A DNA stretch of 63,874 nucleotides, filler included, from an uncultured Methanosarcinales archaeon (GTDB taxonomy: Archaea > Nanobdellota > Nanobdellia > Woesearchaeales > JABMPP01): assembly GCA_964604995.1 (NCBI GenBank). It is 3 parts of 3 records of this genome, joined end to end, with 100 filler letters (N's around TTAATTAATTAA, not from the genome) between each part and the next. Parts side by side here need not be neighbours in the genome. Positions count along the whole stretch, not along the records: positions 29,768 to 59,077 come from CAZSAD010000022.1; positions 59,178 to 63,874 come from CAZSAD010000056.1; 1 more part is not named here. One strand, given 5' to 3'. How positions within the stretch are numbered: position 1 is the first letter of the stretch; each line of letters starts with the position of its first letter. Under the pieces are notes generated by a model. That model worked only from the letters and a program-made list of their open reading frames with translations. It was not told where the DNA came from and did no database searches. Shown piece by piece: positions 49,853 to 59,214 of this stretch. Both the position numbers and the translations under genes were made by a program.

Positions 49853-49964
49853 TTTAAACTAATAATTTTTACAAATCAAAGCAAAGTTTAAAAAAGGGTA
49901 CAAATTCCGTATAAAATACACTAATCCAAATGTTTAATTGTGATTTTTGTTAAAAATCAGCTAT

Positions 49965-50037
49965 GGGGCTGTGGGGTAGCCTGGTATCCTTTCCGCTTTG
50001 GGAGCGGACGACCCCAGTTCAAATCTGGGCAGCCCCA
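49965..50037 (+). tRNA. tRNA-Pro(TGG)
   Basis: GGGGCTG...TCCGC-TT-TGG-GA-GCGGA...GTTCAAATC...CAGCCCCA. Confidence 0.97.
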
Positions 50038-50178
50038 TATTATTTTCCCTTTATTTTGTTGGGGGAATTAGATAAATGTAGCATAGTTTTATATACTAGC
50101 ATAAAATCCCCTGAGGGTGTGCAAAACTAAGCACTGCGAGTGAAATAATATAAGTAGGGTACTTAAGAGGTATGTTTT

Positions 50179-50493
50179 ATGGCATCAGTAAAAAATGTCA
50201 GTTCGACAAAAAGATTTGGCGCAAGATACGGAAGACGTCTTAGAGAAAAAGTAGGCGAAATTGAATTTGAACAGAGAAGTAAGCATAAATGTCCTTATTG
50301 TCATGCACGTAAGGTCAAAAGGGAAGCAATAGGAATTTGGCAATGCCAAAAATGTCATTCTAAATTCACTGGAAAAGCTTATAGTATCTCCAAAAAAATA
50401 ACTTTCAAAGATAGTAAAGTTAGAAATACTGAAATTACACAAACACTTGAAAGTACAAAGCAAGCTAGTGCAGAAAAAGAGGAGGACGCATAA
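50179..50493 (+). CDS. rpl37ae: 50S ribosomal protein eL43 (L37ae)
   Basis: RFGARYG..LR, CPYC...VKR..GIW.C.KC...FTG.AY. Confidence 0.95.
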   Translation: MASVKNVSSTKRFGARYGRRLREKVGEIEFEQRSKHKCPYCHARKVKREAIGIWQCQKCHSKFTGKAYSISKKITFKDSKVRNTEITQTLESTKQASAEKEEDA

Positions 50494-50494
50494 A

Positions 50495-50632
50495 ATGGTA
50501 CTCTACAAATGCTTTGATTGTGATAAAAAAATTGCTGAAACTTATATAAAGAAAAAAGTTAGATGTCCTTATTGTGGTAGTAAAATGTTATTTAAACCAA
50601 GGACAACATCTACTAAAATCAAAGCGGTATAA
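50495..50632 (+). CDS. rpoP: RNA polymerase subunit Rpo12 (RpoP)
   Basis: YKC..C...RCPYCG.K.LFKPR. Confidence 0.92.
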   Translation: MVLYKCFDCDKKIAETYIKKKVRCPYCGSKMLFKPRTTSTKIKAV

Positions 50633-50694
50633 TTTTTATTTTTTTACCTTATATTTCAATATTATTATTTCAATTTGCAAAAAATTGCAAAAAT

Positions 50695-50943
50695 ATGATT
50701 TTTTTAAAAATGAAATTCAAAGCTACAATTGAAATTCTTGATTGCGATTCTGATAAGTTTTTAGCAGCATTTGCAGCAGAATTAAAAAATCCAAAAAATG
50801 ATAGGTCTCAATATACTCTAACAAAACAAAAAAAAGGAGTTATTTTTAAAATCGAAGCGCAAGATCCAACTGCACTGCGTGCAACTAATGATTCAATAAT
50901 AAAAATGGTAATTGTTTTTGAAAAGATGAAAACAATAAAATAA
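50695..50943 (+). CDS. pcc1: KEOPS complex subunit Pcc1
   Basis: RS......I.A.D..ALRA..S motif; conserved synteny after rpoP. Confidence 0.8.
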   Translation: MIFLKMKFKATIEILDCDSDKFLAAFAAELKNPKNDRSQYTLTKQKKGVIFKIEAQDPTALRATNDSIIKMVIVFEKMKTIK

Positions 50944-51035
50944 AATTTATGAAAATAAAATATTAATTCCATTAACAATAAAACAACAACAAAGGTTTTT
51001 AAAGTAAAGTTAGTTTACAATATTTGGGTGTTATT

Positions 51036-51365
51036 ATGGAAACAACTGATGAAAAAATACAACAAATGCAAATGATTGAGCAAAATTTACAAAATTTTTT
51101 GATGCAAAGACAGCAATTTTCACTACAATTAATTGAAATCAATTCAGCCTTAGATGAAATTAAAGATAAAAAATCAGCATATAAAATAGTGGGCAATATC
51201 ATGGTTTTATCTTCAAGAGAAGATCTTGAAAAAGATTTAAACGAGAAAAAGAAAATGCTTGAGATTAGAATAAGCAATCTTGAAAAACAAGAAGAAAAAT
51301 TAAAAGATAGATCAAAAGCATTAAGAGATGAAGTTATGGTCGGTTTAAAAAATAAAACTAAATAA
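51036..51365 (+). CDS. pfdB: Prefoldin beta subunit
   Basis: AL.E.....YKIVG.I.V and L.EKKKML.IRI..LEKQE. Confidence 0.92.
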   Translation: METTDEKIQQMQMIEQNLQNFLMQRQQFSLQLIEINSALDEIKDKKSAYKIVGNIMVLSSREDLEKDLNEKKKMLEIRISNLEKQEEKLKDRSKALRDEVMVGLKNKTK

Positions 51366-51449
51366 TTGATCTTAATTTATAATATCATAATGATTTGTTA
51401 CTAAAAATAAGACAAACAATAAATTTTAAACAACAAATACGGAGAAAAA

Positions 51450-51704
51450 GTGATTACAATGAGTGAACAACAACTTGGAATGATAATTGAAGCATTAAAT
51501 GATCTTCTAACTGATTCTACAGTGCCGAAAAATGTCAAAATTAAAGTCGAAACAATTATTAACACTTTAAAAGATAAAAGTGATGTGTCTATGAAAGTAA
51601 ATCGTGTTTTAAATGATCTTGATGAAATAACTGGGGATATTAACCTTCAATCTTATACGAGAACACAATTATACAACATTGTTTCTTTATTAGAAAAAGT
51701 TTAA
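51450..51704 (+). CDS. UPF0147-family protein
   Basis: D.TVPKNV, L.EI..D.N...Y.RT...IVS.LE. Confidence 0.88.
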   Translation: MITMSEQQLGMIIEALNDLLTDSTVPKNVKIKVETIINTLKDKSDVSMKVNRVLNDLDEITGDINLQSYTRTQLYNIVSLLEKV

Positions 51705-51745
51705 TTTTTTATTTTTAATATTTTTTTGTAGTTTTAGGTGTTAAT

Positions 51746-52321
51746 TTAAAATCTAGTTTTTTTTATAATATTCAATTTTTTTTGTTCATAAATATAATAA
51801 TTCGGAATTATTATTTCGTCTCCAGAGGGAGTTAGTATCACTGTTTGTTTTAAACTAATCTTTATAACTTTACCTGAAAAAGTTTGAGCTTCAATTTTAT
51901 CACCGACAGAAAAATGATTTTTTTTATTCATTTTTAAACTAGCATATAAATTTGGGAAGATATCAAAAAACCAAAGTATTATTGAGAATAATGCAAATAA
52001 TCCAAATAAAGATAAAATGAATTCTAATGCAAATGAAAGTACACCTAGTTGCTTTAATGAAAAAATAATTGTTAAAATATAAATAACAATTGAAAAAATT
52101 TCAGATAATGCTAAGGATAAAGGAGGTCCTTTTTTGATTTTTAAAACTTTATCAATTTCAATTTCTTTTAAAAGTTTACGAAGCAATTTTCCTAAAAATT
52201 TTGCCAATGTAAACCCCACTAATACTATTATTGCAGCTATAACAATATTTACCAGTGCAGTTGCAAGTGTTGTTTGTAGCCACGAAAATACCTGCAAAAT
52301 ATACTCATTTGTTTGACCCAT
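51746..52321 (-). CDS. MscS-family mechanosensitive channel domain protein
   Basis: TM helices then F.VGD.I......G.V..I....T......IIPN. Confidence 0.85.
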   Translation of the reverse strand: MGQTNEYILQVFSWLQTTLATALVNIVIAAIIVLVGFTLAKFLGKLLRKLLKEIEIDKVLKIKKGPPLSLALSEIFSIVIYILTIIFSLKQLGVLSFALEFILSLFGLFALFSIILWFFDIFPNLYASLKMNKKNHFSVGDKIEAQTFSGKVIKISLKQTVILTPSGDEIIIPNYYIYEQKKLNIIKKTRF

Positions 52322-52555
52322 AATAACTAACCTTTATTTAACTAAATGTTTCAATGGTTTATAAATTTTCTCTTTACATTTTTCTCTAAATTTTTCACAT
52401 GCTCTCGTCTTAAATTTGTTTTTAAATTTGTTTTAATTAACTTTTTTATTTTTATTATAAATCTGTAAGAGTATTAAATTTTATAGTAATCTTCCAGTAA
52501 TCATTCTGTAATTATTCCATAAACCTTTATATACACTAAACTTACACTAAATTTC

Positions 52556-53653
52556 ATGGTTAATTATCTAGAGCAGATAGCACAATTTGAAGCTGAAATT
52601 AAAAAAACTCCTTATAATAAAAGAACTCAAGGACATATTGGTTTAGTTAAAGCTAAAATTGCAAGGCTACGCGAAGCGCAAGAAAAACGGTCAGCTTCTA
52701 AAGGTGGCGGTCAAGGCTATGCAGTAAGAAAAAGTGGAGATGCCACAGTTGTTTTACTAGGTTATCCTTCAGTTGGTAAAAGTACCCTTTTGAATGTATT
52801 AACTAATGCAAATAGTGCTGTTGGTGCTTATGCATTTACAACTTTAACCGTAATTCCAGGTACTTTAAATTATAAAAATACAAAAATCCAAATTTTAGAT
52901 GTACCAGGAGTAGTTATGGGAGCATCTGTTGGAAGAGGAAGAGGAAAAGAAGTTTTGGCAGTTATTCGAAATGCAGATTTAATAATAATTCTACTTGAAG
53001 TTAATTCACCGGAGCATTATGAAATAATTCTAAAAGAAGTTCATAATTCTCATGTTAGGGTGAATCAAAGAAAACCAGATGTTAAAATTAAAAAAACTAG
53101 CAGAGGTGGGGTAAAAATATCAACCACTTTAAAATTAACCAATATTGATAATGCTACTATAAAAGGAGTATTACAAGAATTTAAAATTAATAATGCAGAT
53201 GTGCTTATTAGAGAAGATGTGACTGTTGATAAATTTATTGATGCAATAGAACAAAATAAAATTTATATCCCTTCTATAACTGTAGTAAATAAAGTTGATT
53301 TAGCAACTGAAGAGCAAAGAAGAATTGTAAAAGAAAGAACTAATGCTGATATTTTCGTTTCAGCCGAAACAAATTATAATATTGAAGAACTAAAAGAAAT
53401 AATTTATAAAAAATTAGATTTTATTAGTATTTTCTTAAAAGAACCCGGCAAGGAAGCTGATTTAAAAATTCCATTAATTGTAAAAAGAGATTGCACTCTT
53501 AGGAATATTTGTGAAAAACTTCATAGAGATTTTGTTACAAAATTTAAATTTGCAAGAGTATGGGGAAAAAGTGTTAGATTTGACGGACAAAAGCTTTTGA
53601 AATTGGATCACATTTTACAACATGAAGATATTTTGGAGTTGCATTTAAAATGA
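52556..53653 (+). CDS. DRG/Rbg-family OBG GTPase with TGS domain
   Basis: GYPSVGKSTL, YAFTT, DVPG, NKVD, C-terminal TGS. Confidence 0.95.
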   Translation: MVNYLEQIAQFEAEIKKTPYNKRTQGHIGLVKAKIARLREAQEKRSASKGGGQGYAVRKSGDATVVLLGYPSVGKSTLLNVLTNANSAVGAYAFTTLTVIPGTLNYKNTKIQILDVPGVVMGASVGRGRGKEVLAVIRNADLIIILLEVNSPEHYEIILKEVHNSHVRVNQRKPDVKIKKTSRGGVKISTTLKLTNIDNATIKGVLQEFKINNADVLIREDVTVDKFIDAIEQNKIYIPSITVVNKVDLATEEQRRIVKERTNADIFVSAETNYNIEELKEIIYKKLDFISIFLKEPGKEADLKIPLIVKRDCTLRNICEKLHRDFVTKFKFARVWGKSVRFDGQKLLKLDHILQHEDILELHLK

Positions 53654-54633
53654 ATTCTGATAAAAAAAATTCAAATCTAGTTCATGTACTTGAAAAAATA
53701 CCCAATACTGAATCATTAAAACCAAAACCCGATTTTGAAAAAAGATATCGCGAATTACTCGGAGATAGATATGATTCATTTATGAAATATTCTTTGTCTT
53801 TTTTAAGAAAATCAATAAGGGTAAATACTCTTAAAACTACAACCGATGATATTGTAAAAAGATTATCACCTAAATGGACTTTAATATCAGTTCCTTGGTG
53901 TAAAGAAGGATTTTGGATTAAAGGGCAAAGACGTGATGTTGGTAATTTAACTGAACATCAACTAGGTTATATTTACATTCAAGAAGCTGCAAGCATGATT
54001 CCACCAATTGTGCTTGAAGTTGAAAAAGGGGATGTTGTTTTAGATATGTGCGCAGCTCCAGGTTCAAAAAGCACACAACTTGCACAATATTTAGAAAATA
54101 CAGGCGCACTTGTTTGCAATGATTTTTTAGGAGATAGAATTAAAGCACTCGGAATGAATCTTCAAAGATGTGGAGCACTTAACACTTTAATTTCACAAAC
54201 AAAAGGTCATAGGTTTAAAGAATTTAAAATAAGATTTGATAAAATTTTAGTTGATGCACCATGTTCTGGCACAGGAACTATTAGGAAATCTTTACGAACA
54301 CTTAAAACTTGGAATCCAAATATGGTAAGGCGTTTAGTTGGCATTCAAAAAGAATTACTTGAAACCGCTTATGGCTTATTAAATGAAGGTGGCACAATTG
54401 TTTATTCTACTTGTACACTTGAGCCTGAAGAAGATGAAGGAGTTATATCTGATTTTTTAAATAAGCATGATAATGCCAAAATACAAAACATTGAATTTAA
54501 AGGGGTTAGAAGCGATGCAGTTATGGAATTTAATAATATCAAATTTAATAATTCAGTTAAAAAATGTCTCAGGCTTTGGCCAATGGATAATGATACTGAA
54601 GGTTTTTTTGTTACAAAAATAAAAAAAGAATAA
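53650..54633 (+). CDS. RsmB/NOP2-family RNA m5C methyltransferase
   Basis: QEAAS, DMCAAPG.K, DAPCSG.G, YSTCT...EE.E. Confidence 0.95.
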   Translation: MNSDKKNSNLVHVLEKIPNTESLKPKPDFEKRYRELLGDRYDSFMKYSLSFLRKSIRVNTLKTTTDDIVKRLSPKWTLISVPWCKEGFWIKGQRRDVGNLTEHQLGYIYIQEAASMIPPIVLEVEKGDVVLDMCAAPGSKSTQLAQYLENTGALVCNDFLGDRIKALGMNLQRCGALNTLISQTKGHRFKEFKIRFDKILVDAPCSGTGTIRKSLRTLKTWNPNMVRRLVGIQKELLETAYGLLNEGGTIVYSTCTLEPEEDEGVISDFLNKHDNAKIQNIEFKGVRSDAVMEFNNIKFNNSVKKCLRLWPMDNDTEGFFVTKIKKE

Positions 54634-54730
54634 TCCTAATTAACAAAAGATAACAAAATTCAATAAGGTTTACATTAAGCTTGTATTTTTCAATAAGTTT
54701 TATATATCTGTTTTTGATATTATTCTTATT

Positions 54731-54949
54731 ATGTCAATTAAATTTTGGAATGATGGAAGATGTTATATTTGTGAAGGGCATACTTTATCTAGGTGCGATG
54801 GTTGCAAAAGATTTGTTTGTGAAGGGCATTCTTACAAAATAAAACAAGGTAATATCAAATTAGATATTTGTGAAAACTGTTTTAAAAATGTAAAACCTAA
54901 TGTCAAGGTCGGAGGAGTTAAACTTTCTAAAAAGGCACTAGAAGATTAA
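54731..54949 (+). CDS. Small Cys/His zinc-finger protein
   Basis: CxxC, CxxC, CxxH, CxxC in 72 aa. Confidence 0.65.
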   Translation: MSIKFWNDGRCYICEGHTLSRCDGCKRFVCEGHSYKIKQGNIKLDICENCFKNVKPNVKVGGVKLSKKALED

Positions 54950-55051
54950 TTTTTAGAATAATTCTTGATATAAAATCTTATCAAATATTAAGATTTATAA
55001 ACTCAGTTCTTTGCTATTATATTAATTTTAAATGATTTGTCTAAATGAGTT

Positions 55052-56041
55052 ATGGGTGTATTGTACAACATGAATCTTCCTAAACATTTCAAATGGAAAA
55101 CTCTAGTTTATTTCCTATTAATACTTTCAGTTATACTTAACATTTGGTTTATTAAAAAAGAAGTTGATAATAAATTTAGGGAATCAAAATATTCTTTTGA
55201 TTTGTTAAGTCCCGAACTTAGTAGGCTTACAACTGAAGAATTTTTAAAATTACAAGGGGGATATGTTTCTTCTTATAATGAGTTAAAAATATCTTTAATT
55301 CGTGAATTGGGAGTAAGTGAAGAAAAAAAATTTGGTGTTTATTTCGAAGATTTAAAAACTGGTTCTTGGGTAGGTTTGAATGAAAAAGCTGAGTTTGTTC
55401 CAGCAAGTCTTCTTAAAGTACCAACCGTAGTTGCAGTTCTAAAAAAGGTAGAGAAAGGGGAGTTAACTTTTAATCAAAAAATTATTTTGCTTTCTGAGGA
55501 TTTGGATCCTAATTATGGGGTACTCTACAAACAAAAACCGGGAAGTGAATTTACTGTGGCAGAACTTATCAATTACACTATTTTATATTCTGATAATACT
55601 GCACTCCATACATTAAATCGCATTGCAGGGGCTGATGGAATATTACAATCAAGATTAGCTTTGGGACTCACTTTACGAATTCCGGGAATTAATCAATCAA
55701 CACAGTTATCTCCAAAAGAATATAGCAATATTTTAAGATCATTGTATTATTCAACTTATCTACGAAGACCATTTTCAGAATATCTTTTAAACATTATGAC
55801 AAAAACACAATTTAATGATGGGATTACATCTTTATTACCCCAAGAGATTAATGTGGCGCATAAAATTGGACAGCAATCCGAAGGCAATTATAATCATGAT
55901 TGCGGTATTGTTTATCATAAAACTAAACCTTATATGGTATGTATTATGAGTAAAGGCACAAATCCTAGTGAATTCAATATTGAAGCTGGAAAATTATCTA
56001 AAATTATTTATGATTATGTCTCTAAAAAAAATACGACTTAA
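55052..56041 (+). CDS. Class A beta-lactamase-related serine hydrolase with an N-terminal TM anchor
   Basis: F.PASLLK (SxxK), SDN, HKIG, HDCGIV. Confidence 0.88.
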   Translation: MGVLYNMNLPKHFKWKTLVYFLLILSVILNIWFIKKEVDNKFRESKYSFDLLSPELSRLTTEEFLKLQGGYVSSYNELKISLIRELGVSEEKKFGVYFEDLKTGSWVGLNEKAEFVPASLLKVPTVVAVLKKVEKGELTFNQKIILLSEDLDPNYGVLYKQKPGSEFTVAELINYTILYSDNTALHTLNRIAGADGILQSRLALGLTLRIPGINQSTQLSPKEYSNILRSLYYSTYLRRPFSEYLLNIMTKTQFNDGITSLLPQEINVAHKIGQQSEGNYNHDCGIVYHKTKPYMVCIMSKGTNPSEFNIEAGKLSKIIYDYVSKKNTT

Positions 56042-56255
56042 AAACATAAGCTTTAAATACTACCCTCTCCTCATACAAATCAGTGTTCTAAGAGGATTCT
56101 TAATGATACGGACTTTAGAACCTGATGGGTACAAACTTAATTAAAAACAAAAAATTAAGACCAAAACAAAAAATTAATTTAAAAAATAACTAACTTAAAA
56201 ATTAATTTAAAATTTATATGAAACATTTATAAAGAATTGATTTGAAGGGAACAAA

Positions 56256-56900
56256 ATGGACACAGAAGACTACATAAAAAAAGGCACAACAACAGTAGCT
56301 GTTGTTTGCAAGGGTGGAATTGTAATGGCAGCAGACAGAAGGGCTACAGCAGGTGGTCTTATTGTCAACAAGAAGACTGAAAAAGTCCAATTGATAACTG
56401 ACACTATGGCAATAACCATGGCAGGTACAGTTTCAGATGCTCAATTACTAACTAAATTAATAAAAGCAGAAGTAAATTTGAAAAAAATAAGAACAGGCAG
56501 GATGCCAAGTGTTAAAGAAACTGCAAATTTGCTTGCAAATATGGTCTATTCAAATATCAGAAAATTTTCAATTATTCCAGGAATAGCTCATTTTTTAATG
56601 GGTGGTGTTGATGATGAAGGATACCATGTCTATGATATTTTCGCAGATGGATCTGTAACAGAAATTGATGATTACATAACATCTGGTTCTGGAAGTGTAA
56701 TGGCATATGGTGTTTTTGAAACTTTATATAAAAAAGATTTATCTTTAGATGAGGGAGTAAAACTTGCAGTTAAATGCATCAATGCAGCCATACAAAGAGA
56801 TTCATATTCAGGAAATGGCATTGATGTTGTAACAATAACTAAAGCCGAAGGAGTAAAAAAAGTAATTGCAAAAGATCTTACTGTAACAATAGATGTTTAA
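56256..56900 (+). CDS. psmB: Proteasome beta subunit
   Basis: Propeptide ...KG|TTT, AD.RAT, GSGS..AYG, RD..SG. Confidence 0.97.
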   Translation: MDTEDYIKKGTTTVAVVCKGGIVMAADRRATAGGLIVNKKTEKVQLITDTMAITMAGTVSDAQLLTKLIKAEVNLKKIRTGRMPSVKETANLLANMVYSNIRKFSIIPGIAHFLMGGVDDEGYHVYDIFADGSVTEIDDYITSGSGSVMAYGVFETLYKKDLSLDEGVKLAVKCINAAIQRDSYSGNGIDVVTITKAEGVKKVIAKDLTVTIDV

Positions 56901-57154
56901 TGCAATAAATATCTATTTTATATTTATTTTTTATATTGTTAAATTGACATTATAAAATCTGTTTCAATAAAAATCTTAAATAAAATTAAATTTGCGTTTC
57001 TCTTTGTTTAGGGAAATTCAAGTATCTTTGGGTGATTACTAACAAAAATTAATTTGTAATTATTAAAAAATTACTATTAATTAAAAATTAAACATTAAAT
57101 TATGAAAAATTAAAATTAAATTATCTTAATAAAATTAAAAGGAGAGAAGTTTCT

Positions 57155-59050
57155 ATGATGAATGAAATATTAAAAGAAGTAATGAAATATGTACCTGAGG
57201 ATAAAATTAGCGATGCAGGTTTTGAAGGAGCAAATATTGTTCTTTATACCAAAGATAAAGAATTTTTCTTAGATAACAATGGCATAATAAAAAAAATTGT
57301 CGATGATATCAAGAAAAGAGTTGAATTAAGACCTGATCCATCAATTACTATGAATACTGAGAAGGCTGAAAAAGAAATCAGAAAAATTATTCCGGAAGAA
57401 GCAAATATCGATCAGATAATATTTGATCCGCATCGTTCAATTGTTATAATCGAATCAGAAAAACCAGGTGTTGCAATAGGCAAACAAGGAAGTTTACTTC
57501 GAGATGTTAAAAATTCCACTTTCTGGGTTCCAATTATTAGAAGAACTCCACCTATAAAATCAAAAATTGTTGAAAATATAAGGGCAGTTTTGTATCAAAA
57601 TAGTGAATATAGAAGAAAATTTCTAAATAAAGTTGGTCATAGAATTTATGATGGTTGGATAAGGGGTAAAAAAAGTGAATGGGTAAGACTTACTTATCTT
57701 GGTGCAGGCAGAGAAGTTGGAAGATCAGCAATACTTTTACAAACACCTGAATCTAGAATTCTTTTGGATTGCGGGATTAATATTGCCTCGCAAGATAATG
57801 GTTATCCTTATTTAGAAGTTCCAGAATTTAAGATTGATGAACTTGATGCAGTTGTTGTATCACATGCACATTTAGATCACTGTGGATTCATACCCTATCT
57901 CTATAAATTTGGATACAAAGGGCCAGTGTACTGCACAGCTCCAACCAGGGATATAATGGCTCTATTACAGTTAGATTTGATTAAAATCGCTAAAGGTGAT
58001 GGGAAAGAACCAATTTACAGTTCTGAAGAAATTAAAGAAATGGTAAAACATACAATCACTCTTGAATATGATGAAGTAACTGATATTACACCTGATGTTA
58101 GAATGACTTTATACAATGCAGGACATATTTTAGGCTCGGCAATGGTACATTTACATGTTGGAAATGGATTACATAATTTGCTTTATGGCGCTGATATGAA
58201 ATTTTCAAAAAGTCAATTGCTAGATCCTGCTGTAACTGATTTTCCAAGACTTGAAACTTTAATGATTGAAAGTACTTATGGTGGAAAAGATAACATTCAA
58301 CCAAGCAGGCAAGAGTGCGAAGCAGAGTTTTCACAAATAATCAAAGAAACAGTTGCAAGAGGCGGCAAAGTACTAATTCCAGTTTTAGGAGTCGGAAGAG
58401 CACAAGAAGTTATGCTTGTTGTTGAAGAAATGATAAGACTTGGCGAGCTTCCAAAAATACCAGTTTATGTTGATGGAATGGTTTGGGATGTAACTGCGAT
58501 TCATACAGCATATCCTGAATATCTCAATACATTTGTTCGAAAACAAATTTTTCACAAAGATGCAAATCCATTCCTTTCAGATATTTTCAAAAGAGTTGGA
58601 AGTGCAAAAGAAAGGGCCCAGGTGCTTGAAGAAAGTGGAGCAGGTGTTATTCTTGCGACTTCAGGTATGTTAACTGGCGGACCATCTGTAGAATATTTTA
58701 AATCTTTAGCATCTGGTTCAATGCATTCTGTTATTTTCGTATCTTATCAAGGTGAAGGAAGCCTTGGTAGAAGAGTGCAACGCGGTGAAAAAGAAATCAT
58801 TTTTACATTTGGAAATAAACAAGAAATTGTAAAAGTGAATATGAATGTTGCAACAATTGAAGGATTATCAGGCCATAGTGATAGAAGACAACTTATGGCA
58901 TTTGTTGCAAGATGCAATCCTAAGCCAAAAAAAGTAATTGTAAATCACGGCGAGAGTTCAAGATGCTTAGATTTAGCATCATCTATTCACAAATTAAATA
59001 GAATAGAAACAGCAACACCAAGAAATCTTGAAACACTTAGGATTAGATAA
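57155..59050 (+). CDS. fttA: aCPSF1/FttA beta-CASP ribonuclease with KH domains
   Basis: KPG.AIGK.G (KH), SHAHLDH, AGHILGS, SGHSD, HGE. Confidence 0.96.
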   Translation: MMNEILKEVMKYVPEDKISDAGFEGANIVLYTKDKEFFLDNNGIIKKIVDDIKKRVELRPDPSITMNTEKAEKEIRKIIPEEANIDQIIFDPHRSIVIIESEKPGVAIGKQGSLLRDVKNSTFWVPIIRRTPPIKSKIVENIRAVLYQNSEYRRKFLNKVGHRIYDGWIRGKKSEWVRLTYLGAGREVGRSAILLQTPESRILLDCGINIASQDNGYPYLEVPEFKIDELDAVVVSHAHLDHCGFIPYLYKFGYKGPVYCTAPTRDIMALLQLDLIKIAKGDGKEPIYSSEEIKEMVKHTITLEYDEVTDITPDVRMTLYNAGHILGSAMVHLHVGNGLHNLLYGADMKFSKSQLLDPAVTDFPRLETLMIESTYGGKDNIQPSRQECEAEFSQIIKETVARGGKVLIPVLGVGRAQEVMLVVEEMIRLGELPKIPVYVDGMVWDVTAIHTAYPEYLNTFVRKQIFHKDANPFLSDIFKRVGSAKERAQVLEESGAGVILATSGMLTGGPSVEYFKSLASGSMHSVIFVSYQGEGSLGRRVQRGEKEIIFTFGNKQEIVKVNMNVATIEGLSGHSDRRQLMAFVARCNPKPKKVIVNHGESSRCLDLASSIHKLNRIETATPRNLETLRIR

Positions 59051-59077
59051 AAATCGCCTAGTAAAAATATTTAATTT

Positions 59078-59177
59078 NNNNNNNNNNNNNNNNNNNNNNN
59101 NNNNNNNNNNNNNNNNNNNNNTTAATTAATTAANNNNNNNNNNNNNNNNNNNNNNNNNNNNNNNNNNNNNNNNNNNN
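59078..59177. other. Assembly gap with TTAATTAATTAA linker
   Basis: N runs flanking an all-frame stop pad. Confidence 0.97.
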
Positions 59178-59214
59178 CAATGTAATAATTGTTAATTTTA
59201 CAGGAGAAATAGGG

